A stretch of DNA of 64,000 nucleotides, from positions 52,206,001-52,270,000 of the forward strand of contig NC_086108.1 of the NCBI RefSeq assembly GCF_963921235.1, given 5' to 3'. Positions 50,770-63,200 of this stretch are shown in pieces. Under the pieces are notes generated by a model, which saw only the letters and a list, made by a program, of their open reading frames with translations, did not search any database and was not told the origin of the DNA. A program made the translations under genes and the position numbers. Source of the DNA: Mobula hypostoma. Its lineage: Eukaryota. The number at the start of each line of letters is the position of its first letter. The stretch's first letter is position 1.

Positions 50770-50915
50770 ATTGTTGGAGGAAACCAGAGCACCCGGAAGA
50801 AATGCACATAGTCATGGGGAGAATGTACAAACTCCTTACAGGCAAGGGCAGGAACTGAACACAGATCACCTGTACTGTGAAGTGTTGTGCTAACAGCTAC
50901 GCTACCGTGCTGCCC
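50770..50915 (-). mobile_element. tRNA-derived V-SINE 5' part
   Basis: - strand reads GGGCAGCACGGTAGCGTAGCTGTTAGCAC (tRNA-like head with A-box), then GGAGTTTGTACATTCTCCCCATGAC...CCGGGTGCTCTGGTTTCCTCC (V-domain). Confidence 0.75.
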
Positions 50916-51599
50916 AGAATGGTTGCTATACCGTAGGAAGGATATGATTAAACTAAAGGTGGTGCAGAAAAGATTTACGGGGGTTTCGCCAGGACTGAAG
51001 GACCTATGTTGGAAGGAGAGACTGCATAAACTGGGACTGTTTTCCTTGGAGTGAAGGAGTCTGAACGGTGACCTTATCGATGCTTAGAAAATCGTGAGGG
51101 GCATAGATAAGGTAGATGGTCAGAGTCTTTTGCCACAGTCCACTTTAAACCTTTCCTATGAGCCAAATGCAAGCAAATAGGGTTGGTTCAGGAAAGCCCC
51201 TTGGTAGACATGGAGAAGCTGGGCCAAGGGGCCTTTTTGCATGCTGTTTGTGGCTTTAAACTTAAAACAGCAGATTTAATAAAACCTTTAGAAAACTTCC
51301 AAATCTTTAAGTAATCTGCTGGTTATTACAAGCATATTATTAAAAATAATGCATTTATTTTTGTAATGTAAAAAGAGGTTAGTTGCCAGCTTTATTCAGC
51401 TTGAGCTTTATAAAGCTCCAAGCTGGTCTATTCACAATGGTTGACTTCTGACATTTCTGTTTGGTGATATAAACTTTTACCAGTACAACCAGTGAGGTGG
51501 GGGGTGTGGGTAAAAAGTCAGAAAAATTTCTTTCAAGTTGGGATTGGGCCGGCTGGCCTTTGATTGGTTTAGTCAGAGTTATATTTGACCAATGAATCT

Positions 51600-51880
51600 A
51601 CAGTGACCATCAAGCACCCATTTACACTAATCCTACATTAATCCTATTTTCATTCCCCTCCCCCCCATTTCCATTAACTCTTCAAATTTTAAAACTCAGC
51701 TATACACCAGGTTTAATTTACAATGGCCAAGTTACATGCCTGTTTTTGGGATGTGAAAGGGAACCCTGAATAAATAAGTCCGTGTGAACACAGGAAGGAC
51801 ATGCAGATTCCAAGCAAACAGCACCAGAGGTCAGAATTGAACATGGGTCACTGGAGCTGTGAAGCTGCAGCTCTATGATG
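51600..51880 (-). mobile_element. Decayed V-SINE
   Basis: Shares caagcacc..tttacactaatcct and ggagctgtga.gc with the copy at 31860-32195. Confidence 0.6.
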
Positions 51881-52107
51881 CTATCCTTTTTGACAGAAAG
51901 TGAATTAAGTTAAAAACAAAATGCTGGTAACTTAGCAGGTCTGGCAGCTCTGTGTAAAGAGAAGCAGAACAATATTTAAGGTCTAAGACACTCTCATTCC
52001 AATAATGGGCCTTCGACCTGAAACCTCTTTCCAAAGATGCTGTCTACCCTGCTGAGAGTTTCCAGCATGTTCAGTTTTATTTTAGACTTCCAATATCTGG
52101 AATTTTC

Positions 52108-52710
52108 TCAGAATCAGGTTTATTATACATGTCATAAAATTTATTGTTTTGTGGCAGCAATACTGTACGAGACATAAAAAATCACAATGTTATAATAGAT
52201 AGAAAGTGATAAATAAATAATGTGACAGAGCAATGATGAGTTAGTGTTCATTGGTTCATGGACCATTCGGAAATCTGATGGCAGAGGAGAAGAAGCTGTT
52301 CCTAGTTCTTTCAGTGTGGGTCTTCAGACTCCTGTACCTTCTCCCTGAGTATAATGAGAAGAGAGTGTCCTTAATGATATGTGCCTCCTTCTTGAGTCAA
52401 TGCCTTTTGAAGTTGTCTGTAATGGTGGGGAGACTTAATGGAGCTAGCTGAGTCAATAACCCTTCACAGCTTATTTCAATCCTGTGCATCGGGGTCTCCA
52501 TACCAGGTGGTGATGCCACCAGTTAGAATCCTCTCCATGGGACATCTGTAGAAATTCGAAAGAACCTTTGGTGACATACCAAATCTCAGACTATGAATGA
52601 AGTATACCTTCTGCCATGCATTCTTTGGGATTACATCAATGTGGTGGGCCCAGGATAGATAGGTGGTACCCAGGAACTTGAAGCTGCTAATCCTTTCCAC
52701 CGCAGACCCT
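52108..52710 (-). mobile_element. Rex1/Babar 3' fragment
   Basis: ERISSFKFLG...FYRCPMERILTGGITTWYG, with a cagaatcaggttt tail. Confidence 0.75.
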
Positions 52711-52918
52711 TTATATTATTTTCACTGAATTAAATTTGTTGTTGGATATGTTGTCAATGTAACTATTTCCAACTGCAGGTAAGGTATTTCTTATTCTTGA
52801 TTTAATGCTCTCCAGTGCCACTTGGGACTTGTGCTAACTGAGACAGGACTGTTCAGTGACTGTATTTCAGGCTTCCATTAATAATGCTGGAAGTTATTTG
52901 AAGTATTGTAGGGATATT

Positions 52919-53598
52919 GAAGGGAGGAGGAGATGGCGACGCGACACAGTGCACCCGGCCACTCCGAAATGATATTGTATTTGTGAAGTAGGGGCTGTGC
53001 ACAATCCTGATTTGATGGAGACAGCCGTGAGAAGCACGGAGGAACATCTGGAGAAACTTATGAAATGCCAGCTTCACTGCTGCTGCTACTGTGCGATCAA
53101 GAATCTCTAGAGGGGAAGGCCCCAAATCCTCGACTTTGCCTGTTGCCTGTTGCCGGGGCCGGGGTCGAAGCACTTGGTAGACATGGTGTTCGGTGTCGGA
53201 GAGCTGGTCGGAGGCTCGAAGTTTTCAGACGGACTCGAGTCAGCTGTGGTCGGGTGCTTCCAAGGTGCTGCATCGGCAAGTTTGCAACACTGGAAGCTCA
53301 TGGCAGGGAGAGTTTTTTTTCTTCCTTCTACTGTCTGCGTGAGATGATGGGACTTTTGAGAGACTTTGAGACTTTTTTTTACTGTGCCCATGGTCTATTC
53401 TTTATCAAATTACGGTATTGCTTTGCACTGTTGTAACTATATGTTATAATTATGTGTTTTTGGTCAGTTTTTCAGTCTTGGTTTGTCTTGTGTTTCTGTG
53501 GTATCATTCTGGACGAACATTGTATCATTTCTTAATGTATGCATTACTAAATGACAATAAAAGAGGACTGCGAGTCCTCATAATCTAATCTAATCTAA
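52919..53598 (+). mobile_element. Non-autonomous non-LTR retroposon with a GC-rich head, 3' hairpin and (TAATC)n tail
   Basis: Begins ggaggagATGGCG, CpG-rich and non-coding. Ends aatgacaataaa, hairpin gaggact-gcg-agtcctc (53563-53579), then taatc repeats. Possible short TSD atatt. Confidence 0.65.
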
Positions 53599-54340
53599 TA
53601 TTTTTTCGTCAGGTTTTGAAGTAGATCATACCATTGTAACACATCTTGCTGCACCAAATTCTTCCTCCTGGTTAATATTACAGGATTCTTCTGACACTGG
53701 AGTCTCATTTCTTCACATTTTATTTTTGTTAATTGTTGTTTCTTTCTCTCTGTATTCCATTTTCCCTTTTCACTTAACATTCAGTATGTGTGTTGACATT
53801 GAATTCAACTAATTTACACATTTCAAACACCTTTGATTAGATTAGTAAAAGCAATGTCTCATCAAGGAGATGCATAATTGCCTGTTCTGTTCACTCATGT
53901 CACAGTTGCTTTCCTTTGCTGTGTCATTACTGGATCCTATTTCAATAAATTGTTGTTTGCAAAATTTTTCATCCTAAGAATTACAAGGACATATTTAACC
54001 AACGGCAGGCACATTTAGATGATTAGTACAGAAAATTATGCTCCATGGATAACTTTTCTGCATTAAACTCACTGTTATTTCCACAAATGAGTCACAGAGG
54101 AAACATAAACCAACTGAATGAGCTGATTCCTGATTGATGCAGTGTCTGTAGCTGTGAGCAGTCTCCTCCAGTCATTTAAGCTTATGAAATTTAAAGAGTC
54201 TAAATTGAGCAATATCTAAATCAACTTTGTGAATAACCATGTGAGTAAACCCACAGTGGCCCTTTGATGGGTTTACAGTATGTTTCCCTTGCAAGGCTTA
54301 TAAATGGTATTGCTTCCTGAGTGCACAATAACATTAGTAG

Positions 54341-54741
54341 TGTCACAACCACAGATTCAGCTGCGCAGCAGATTTGGCAATTGCACTCCTGAATATGCAC
54401 GTGTCAGCTAATTATAATTTCATTGTGATAGTATTTAACTCCATTTGCTCCATCGTAGTACTTGTCAAAACTTGAACCCAGGACTGGACACAGAAACACT
54501 TCGCTGCCTGCATTCTGCCTTGCCTAAGAAACTGGACTCTTGAGTCAACTGAATCTGAATTCGTTTAACTCTTAGTTGTTCTTTTCAGCCGTGGTGTAGG
54601 CTTCATTTTCCATTTGAGTGTTTGGCTGAGCGTTTATTGTTTTCTTCCCCTTTAATATTGTTCGCATTAAAGTCTGTGACCTATCGACCTGCTGTAGTGT
54701 CTCTTACTCCGCTATTGGGCCGTGTCTGAACCACATTGACA
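54341..54741 (+). mobile_element. Solo LTR (gypsy-type), 401 bp
   Basis: TGTCA...TGACA termini, flanks agtag/agtat (5-bp TSD with 1 mismatch), TATA-like gtatttaa near 54431 and ATTAAA at 54666. Confidence 0.7.
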
Positions 54742-56225
54742 AGTATGATATGAAGAAGAAGGAATCTGGCAGGAGATGACAGTGGGCCATGGTATGATTA
54801 CCAAGGATGTGCTGGCAAATTATTGTTTTATGATCTTTTAGTTGAATGTCACAAACCAATCCATTGTGGGATTTAACTGTATTGGAATGCCTGGTTTCTA
54901 GCAGCTCATTTATGTAAATTACATTTTAAAAGTTCTTTGACTATTTCAGTAAATTTAAATAACTAATATTCAGTGAGTAATTCTCATTTAAACACAATTT
55001 AAGCCTTTTCCCATCAAGAGGCTTGAATGACTAGTTTAACTGTGTTCACAGAACTTGGTGATAATTGTTTGCACATTTACCCACCTGAACAATCGTTTTG
55101 TGAAACGTACTGCACCATATGCTAAGAAATAAATTAAGAGAAACAGGATTTTAATCAGTAAATTGCTCAGTAGCTAATTTCTGAAACCTCCGTATATGCT
55201 CAATGTGAGCCAGTTGTTAACTGCATAAAAAAACACTAATGTTCTATGTGGAAAATAATTGTAGTCATGATAAGGCTTGTTCTTATGATGTTTGCAATGG
55301 ATGGTTATTTACATTTTACCAGTTTTTAAACTCAGAAGTATTTTGACATATTTATTCTTATGCATCAAAATGCTGTTTCTTTTTATACATCACACTCATT
55401 ATAGTCACAAAGGGCAATGGACTATGGGAGTGGATCTTTGACATAAAATTAGTGGTACTTAGAAATGGCCAAAATAAAAGGCTCCTAAACATAAGACTTT
55501 CTCCTCTCGCCTGCCTTTCCCCAATTAGCATCCCTACGAGTCTTGTGTTCTCTGTGCCTTCGTTCTGTCCGTACCCATTTACATTACCTGGGGGACATTG
55601 CAAGCTGAGCAGTGTCCTGATTCTTTTCCCTTTTACTCTACATATGGATTATAGAGCAACTTTTATTTGTTTTTGTATAGCCCATCTCATTAGTGATGAG
55701 TAATGGCTAATCCCAACATCCCAGTTATATAAGGAAAATTTCGGTTGTCTATTTTTAAGAACTGTGTACATTATCACTTTTTTTAAAACTGTCTAGAAAT
55801 TCATACATTCAGGCGTTGAACTGTAGGGCTTTCCAACTTTGTTTTCAGACCAAAAAAAAACTCCAGTCACTTGTGTTCAATTCTGTTAGAAATGATGGAA
55901 TATATTGCCTCAAGATTTGCTGCAGACATCTTTTTGTGATGTACACGTGAGAAGCTTTTCGTTGGCCCTTTTAACCTTCACATGACAGAAAAGATTTTAG
56001 TCTTTACTAATCAGCCAGGAATCCGTCAGAGTTGATCGTCAGTCATTTGTAGAGCCAACATGATTAATAGGTCCAATCAGTTAATGTTGTGACCAGTATT
56101 GTTGTCACTGATAATAAAACAAAGTAAGAAAATTAAAATAACTGGGTTCAGAATACACACACTTACCACTCGAGCATTATTTTTATTTTACTTGTGCACA
56201 TGGAGACCAGCATGGCCCCTGTCCC

Positions 56226-56561
56226 CAGGGTTCCCTCTAAGGTGTGCATGCACACATCTTTAGCTGCTAGTGCACAAAGGAATTTAAGCTGTACAGAAAG
56301 TTGTCACCCCCTATTTCATTTGGTACATTAAGTATATATCACAATAGTACACAGTCGCATTTTCTTTTCCAGTTTCTGATAAGGACGGTGTTGACAATGT
56401 GGAGTTTGGGATGATTTGTCTGCAGATTTTAGAACTGGCTTAATTATACTGTTTTTATTGAAAAAGTTATTTCGTTCGCACATGTTGTTGCCATTGGGCA
56501 AAAATTTGCACAGTACAAGATTTTTGCGCACACTGGTCATTACAAATTAGAGGGAACATCA
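56226..56561. mobile_element. Possible hAT-type MITE
   Basis: Terminal inverted repeat cagggttccctctaa ... ttagagggaacatca (11-bp perfect core), non-coding interior, no clear TSD. Confidence 0.5.
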
Positions 56562-57902
56562 GAACCCACACCGTTCTGAAGCCAGGACAGAAAACTGTTA
56601 TTTTTATACAGAATTGGCCTATCAATTACGGATATTGACCATTTGGTAAATTGTACATATATACTTGAATTCCTTACTTGCAAGATCAATTACCATTCAC
56701 AATAGAGGTGTTAAAACTCAATCAAAACTTCAAGCTGACAACTGATAATACAGTATATTGAAGTTAGTAAAGCAATTGTCCCTTAGTTGTTGGATGTATT
56801 TCACATCCTTCTGTTACTCCTACCTTGTCTTTCTCCGGTTCCCCCTGTTGTGTAAAGAAACACTATGTTTTAGGAAAACCTTTCTAGAAAAGTCTCACTA
56901 TGGAGGCCCTATTCATCTGGCTTCAGTACATACTGCCACAGTCACCCCAGCCTATCTTATCTGTAGTGAGCAGTGGTGTCTCCGGCAGTCTCACTTCACC
57001 ATAACTGCCCCAGGCTATCCTTGCCACAACTTACACGATATCACCAAGGTTTGTAGGAGAATGAGGAAAACCAGTCAGCTTTTTAACTTCTACTGATGAT
57101 CCTAATCAGCCTCCTTAATCTGTTCTGAATAGTGAGTGTATGTGGGGCAATGCACAGTGTATTGTCCACAGTAATATTAAATTTATTGGTGTTCCATTCA
57201 TCCTTGGACCTTTTGACCTTCCAGAGCTCTGCAAAGAAGATAATCCTGTGAACAGATGCCTTGGTGATGGCAAAAGCAGAAATGCTACCTGCCACAGAAT
57301 TGACCCCTCTAAAAACTGCAGAAAAAGATGAAGAAATTTGCAGGAAATGAGCCTCTGCCAGAGCAATCACAGAGAAGAGCCGGGGTCTTAAACGGAGCAC
57401 AAAGGCTCTGCAATGTGCACCAATTCCTGTGTACTCTACTGCTTGTTATCCAACCACAGAATCTTTTCAAGATTAATATCATTTCATTAATATCTTGAAG
57501 AGATTTGCTATAATCTCTTGAGACAATTTAAAATTTGAAGTTCAGATATGATTCAAGTAAATATGCACTGCACATCCTTCTCAATTCTGACGCACTAAAC
57601 TTAATGTGGAACTGACAGGTGTGGTCTAAACAAGACTGTGTATAGTCAAAAACTGCTGATGCTTGAATTCAAGAACCTTACATATAAATGATCACTGTGT
57701 TACCGTGGGATCACAGTACTTTCATTTATCCTGCTTTAGCTTCTCACCTTTGTCCGTATTGAAATTCTTCTGTCACAGTTTTGACCAATCACTTAATCTA
57801 TTGCTATCTCTGTAATTTTATTTTTTCTTCAATATATTGCTTATAATGCTGCCCATCTTTGTCATCCACCATCTTGGATATGTAGTTCTGTTTCCTATCA
57901 AC

Positions 57903-58500
57903 TTCATTTCATTTCATTTATTATCCAAGCATGCATCCACATACAACTTGAAATTTGCCAAATTGCCACGAAAACAAGAAAGAATATGAAAGTCATTCAG
58001 AGAGAAACATCAAGCTGACCCCCTTGTACAAAAATGAACGACATCTGATCATCAACCCCCCCCCTCATCCACCCACAAAACAGAACAGGAGCATCAACAC
58101 CCAAAAAACAACCACTCCCCCGCACAAAAAACTAACGGGACCCAACAGAACATCAACCCCCAAACAACAAAACAGAAACGCAACAGGCGGTTAAAAAAAG
58201 CACAATATAAAAACCGTAAGTCTGAGAAGTCCACAGTCCATAAATGCAATAGTCAAACCATAAACACAGAACCACGATACCATCCTATGATATCACCATC
58301 ATTCATCGAAAGAGAAGAGAAGGACACCACACAAGGCAGAGAGGCCTACCTGGCTGCCACCGCAAACCACATAGCGATTGGCTGCTCATAGGATCCTTCT
58401 CCGGCAGAGATCAAAGGCAGGCAGTCGGCGCTGTAACCCTCACTTGCTTCCGCATTCACCTCGATGTCTCAATCTGCCTCAGTGTTTTAATCAGCGATTA
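57903..58500 (-). mobile_element. Non-coding retroposon fragment with a (GAAAT)n tail
   Basis: ttcatttcatttcatttatt (reverse of AATAAA plus gaaat repeats), then an A/C-rich stretch that is a T/G-rich 3' UTR on the - strand. Confidence 0.5.
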
Positions 58501-60271
58501 ATGGATGCTTTCAACTTTAATGAAGTAATCAATAAATACAATGAATCCTTTTGGGTTCTTACACAGATCTTAGTAGGATCGAAGTGACTACCTCCAACCA
58601 ATACAGTAGCTGGCCAAAATCCATCATCTGTCCTGGACTGTTCAGCTAATTTCCTACACAGATCATAATTTTGCCACATTTCTGTAAGTGTCACCATGAG
58701 CTACCACACTTAGGAGTGATTTTTATCAAACACCTGAAATTCGTAATACTTCTCTACCAACAACTCTAATTGCCTCTTCAGAAAATTCAGCCAGGTTCAT
58801 CGGCATGATCCGCCCTTTAAACATCTATGGTGATTCACTGATCAGCTTTAAATTTTTACTGTTTTCAATCACTGTATTGTCAATTATGGACTTTTTATGC
58901 CTTCATGTCTCATTTATTTGTAATTTAGCATTGCGAGGTATTCCAGAATTGAGAGAACATTAGGAGATTGTGATTGGGTTAGATAAAATAATCTCATTTG
59001 TGTCCTTTGAAACTTTGGAATGGTAATACCATAATCCTGCTGATTTGTCACATTTCAATGTATTTATGTTTTGTTGGTGTTAATTAACTCACACAATTTT
59101 TGGTGGATTCTGCCCAGCTGGCTATAATTGTATTCCTCACTAGACACCAGTATCATCTTGACCAATTTTTTTTTAAATCAAACTGTGTCTAAATTATTAT
59201 TACATATTATAAAACGGGAGTGACTGTACTATGGAACTTCACTGATGATAGCTTTCCAGTCACAAGAGTATGACAAACCATTATCTTTTGCTTCCTGCCA
59301 CTGAGCCTATTTTAGGTTCAATTTGCCACTCTCCCTTGGAGTCTGTGATCTTTTACTTTTAATCTTGCGCTTTCTTAATGAAGGCTTAGAGAATGGATTC
59401 TGCAATTGAAGTTTAATTGGCTTGTAATTACTTAGTTTATCATCTTCTCCCTTTTAATCACCAGTATGAGGCTAGCAATCCTCCAATCTTCTGGCACTGT
59501 TCCTGGAGCCTGAGAGGATTGAAACACTGAAGTCAGAAACTGCAATTTCCTCCTTTACTTCTTTTAATAACTTGATATATATTTCTCTGGGACTATTTAT
59601 ATAACTATTCTCAAAGATGCTCTCTCCCTTAATAATCCCTCTATTACTGTCTTTATCCCATCCAGTATTTTGCCTTAACTACAACATTTAATTCACCCAT
59701 CCTTTTTGTAAAAGCAGTGACAAAAAAAATCATGAATAACTGTACTTACGTCCTCTACCTTCATACATAGGTTACCCCTTTGGTACCTGTTAGGGTGTGC
59801 TCCTTCCTGGTTACCTTATCCTCTTGTTCATTATGCATTTTATGCTGTTACAAAACATTATTGGATTTCTTTGTTTTTCCTTGCCATTTTTCATACAATC
59901 TCTTAACTTTTGCTTTAATTTCACTCCTACACTTTTTATACTCCTCTAAGCCACTGGAAAGTTAAGCTAATGGTGCCGGATATATACTTTTTTTTTGTTT
60001 ACTCTCTATACATATTGTCACTTACCAAACTCTACATTGGCTGATCTACCTTTCTTCTTTGAAGGAATACATTTTTCCTGAACCCCTTTCTTAAATTCCT
60101 CCTGTTGTTATAGATCAAGTAGCAGTTTCCATCCACTTTTGCTAAATCACTTAACAATCTAGTAAAAATGATTTTAACATGTAGATTTTTTGCATTTTTA
60201 TCATTTTTGTTCTATTTCACAGAAACGTTGAAGCTATCTAATTTATAATGACTTCTTCAACTATGTTAGTC

Positions 60272-63200
60272 GAACATAGAATAGTACAGCACATTACAGG
60301 ACCTTCGGCCCACAATGTTGTGCTGACCCTCAAACCCTGTCTCCCATATAACCCCCCACCTTAAATTCCTCCATATACCTGTCTAGTAGTCTCTTACACT
60401 TCACTAGTGTACCTGCCTCCACCACTGACTCAAGCAGTGCATTCCACGCACCAACCACTCTCTGAGTAAAAAACCTTCCTCTAATATACCCCTTGAACTT
60501 CCCAGCCCTTACCTTAAAGCCATGTCCTCTTGTATTGAGCAGTGGTGCCCTGGGGAAGAGGCGCTGGCTATCCACTCTATCTATTCCTCTTATTTTCTTG
60601 TACACCTCTATCATGTCTCCTGCAATCCTCCTTCTCTCCAAAGAGTAAAGCCCTAGCTCCCTTAATCTCTGATCATAATGCATACTCTCTAAACCAGGCA
60701 GCATCCTGGTAAATCTCCTCTGTACCCTTTCCAATGCTTCCATATCCTTCCTATAGTGAGGCGACCAGAACTGGACACAGTACTCCAAGTGTGGCCTAAC
60801 CAGAGTTTTATAGAGCTGCATCATTACATCGCGACTCTTAAACTCTATCCCTCGACTTATGAAAGCTAACACTCCATAAGCTTTCTTAACTACCCTATCT
60901 ACCTGTGAGGCAACTTTCAGGGATCTGTGGACATGTACCCCCAGATCCCTCTGCTCCTCCACACTACCAAGTATCCTGCCATTTACTTTGTACTCTGCCT
61001 TGGAGTTTGTCCTTCCAAAGTGTACCACCTCACACTTCTCCGGGTTGAACTCCATCTGCCACTTCTCAGCCCACTTCTGCATCCTATCTGCAATCTTCGA
61101 CAGTCCTCTACACTATCTACAACACCACCAACCTTTGTGTCGTCTGCAAACTTGCCAACCCACCCTTCTACCACCACATCCAGGTCATTAATAAAAATCA
61201 CAAAAAGTAGAGGTCCCAGAACAGATCCTTGTGGGACACCACTAGTCACAATCCTCCAATCCCAATCTACTCCCTCCACCACGACCCTCTGCCTTCTGCA
61301 GGCAAGCCAATTCTGAATCCACCTGTCCAAACTTCCCTGGATCCCATGCCTTCTGACTTTCTGAATAAGCCTACTGTGTGAAACCTTGTCAAATGCCTTA
61401 CCAAAATCCATGTAGGTCACATCCACTGCACTACCCTCATCTATATGTCTGGTCACCTCCTCAAAGAATTCTATCAGGCTTGTTAGACATGATCTGCCCT
61501 TCACAAAGCCATGCTGACTATCCCTGATCAGACCATGATTCTCTAAGTGCCCATAGATCCTATCTCTAAGAACCTTTTCCAACAGCTTTCCCACCACAGA
61601 TGCAAGGCTCACTGGTCTATAATTACCTGGACTATCCCTACTACCTTCTTTGAACAAGGGGACAACATTTGCCTCCCTCCAATCCTCCGGTACCATTCCC
61701 GTGGACAACAAGGACATAAAGATCCTAGCCAGAGGCTCAGCAATCTCTTCCCTCACCTCGTGGAGCAGCCTGGGGAATATTTCATCAGGCCCTGGGGACT
61801 TATCTGTCCTAATATATTTTAACAACTCCAACACCTCCTCTCCCTTAACATCAACATGCTCCAGAACATCAACCTCACTCCTGTTGTCCTCACCATCATC
61901 AAGTTCCCTCTCATTGGTGAATACCGAAGAGAAGTACTCATTGAGGACCTCGCTCACTTCCACAGCCTGCAGGCACATCTTCCCACCTTTATCTCTAATC
62001 AGTCCTACCTTCATTCCTGTCATCCTTTTGTTCTTCACATAATTGAAGAATGCCTTGGGGTTTTCCTTTACCCTACTCGCCAAGGCCTTCTCATGCCTCC
62101 TTCTTGCTCTTCTCAGCCCCTTCTTAAGCTCCTTTCTTGCTTCCCTATATTCCTCAATAGACCCATCTGATCCTTGCTTCCTAAACCTCATGTATGCTGC
62201 CTTCTTCCACCTGACTAGATTTTTCACCTCACTTGTCACCCATGGTTCCTTCACCCTACCATTCTTTCTCTTCCTCACCGGGACAAATTTATCCCTAACA
62301 TCCTGTAAGAAATCTCTAAACATCATCCACATGTCCATAGTACATTTCCCTTTAAAAACATCATCCCATTCACACCCACAAGTTCTAGCCTTATAGCCTC
62401 ATAATTTGCCCTTCCCCAATTAAAAATTTTCCTGTCCTCTCTGATTCTATCCTTTTCCATGATAATGCTAAAGGCCAGGGAGCGGTGGTCACTGTCCCCC
62501 AGATGCACACCCACTGAGAGATCTGTGACCTGACCCAGTTTGTTACCAAGTACTAGATCTCATATGGCATTACCCCTAGTCGGCCTGTCCACATACTGTG
62601 ACAGGAATCCGTCCTGGACACACTTAACAAACTCTGCCCCATCTAAACCCTTGGAACTAATCAGGTGCCAATCAATATTAGGGAAGTTAAAGTCGCCCAT
62701 GATAACAACCCTGTTATTTTTGTACCCTTCCAGAACCTGCCTCCCAATCTGCTCCTCGGTATCTCTGCTGCTACCAGGGGGCCTACAGAATATCCCCAAT
62801 AGAGTAACTGCTCCCTTCCTGTTCCTGACTTCTACCCATACTGACTCAAAAGAGGATCCTGCTACATTACCCACCCTTTCTGTAGCTGTAATAGTATCCC
62901 TGACCAGTAAAGCCACCCCGCCTCCCCTTCCGCCCCCCCCCCCCATCCCTTTTAAAGCACTGAAACCCAGGAATATTGAGAATCCATTCCTGTCCTGGTG
63001 CCAGCCAAGTCTCTGTAATGGCCACTACATCATCATTCCATGTATGTATCCAAGCTCTCAGTTCATCACCTTTGTTTCTGATGCTTCTTGCATTAAGGTA
63101 CACCCATTTCAGCCCTTTTGCCTTACTACCTTTACACCGTTTATTCTGCTTCTCTTACCTCAAAGCCTCTCTATATGTTAGATCTGGCTTTACATGCACT

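Noticed and set aside
50860..50915. tRNA gene
   Set aside because: The tRNA-like head runs into a V-SINE domain and forms no full cloverleaf.
53065..53436. GC-rich ORFs or CpG-island promoter
   Set aside because: Lies wholly inside a retroposon with a tandem-repeat tail and has no recognisable protein similarity.
57300..57400. Next PDE4DIP exon (ctgcagaaaaagatgaag resembles LQEKEK coding)
   Set aside because: The frame reads KTAEKDEEICRK followed by a stop, with no LSREL motif or phase-2 acceptor.
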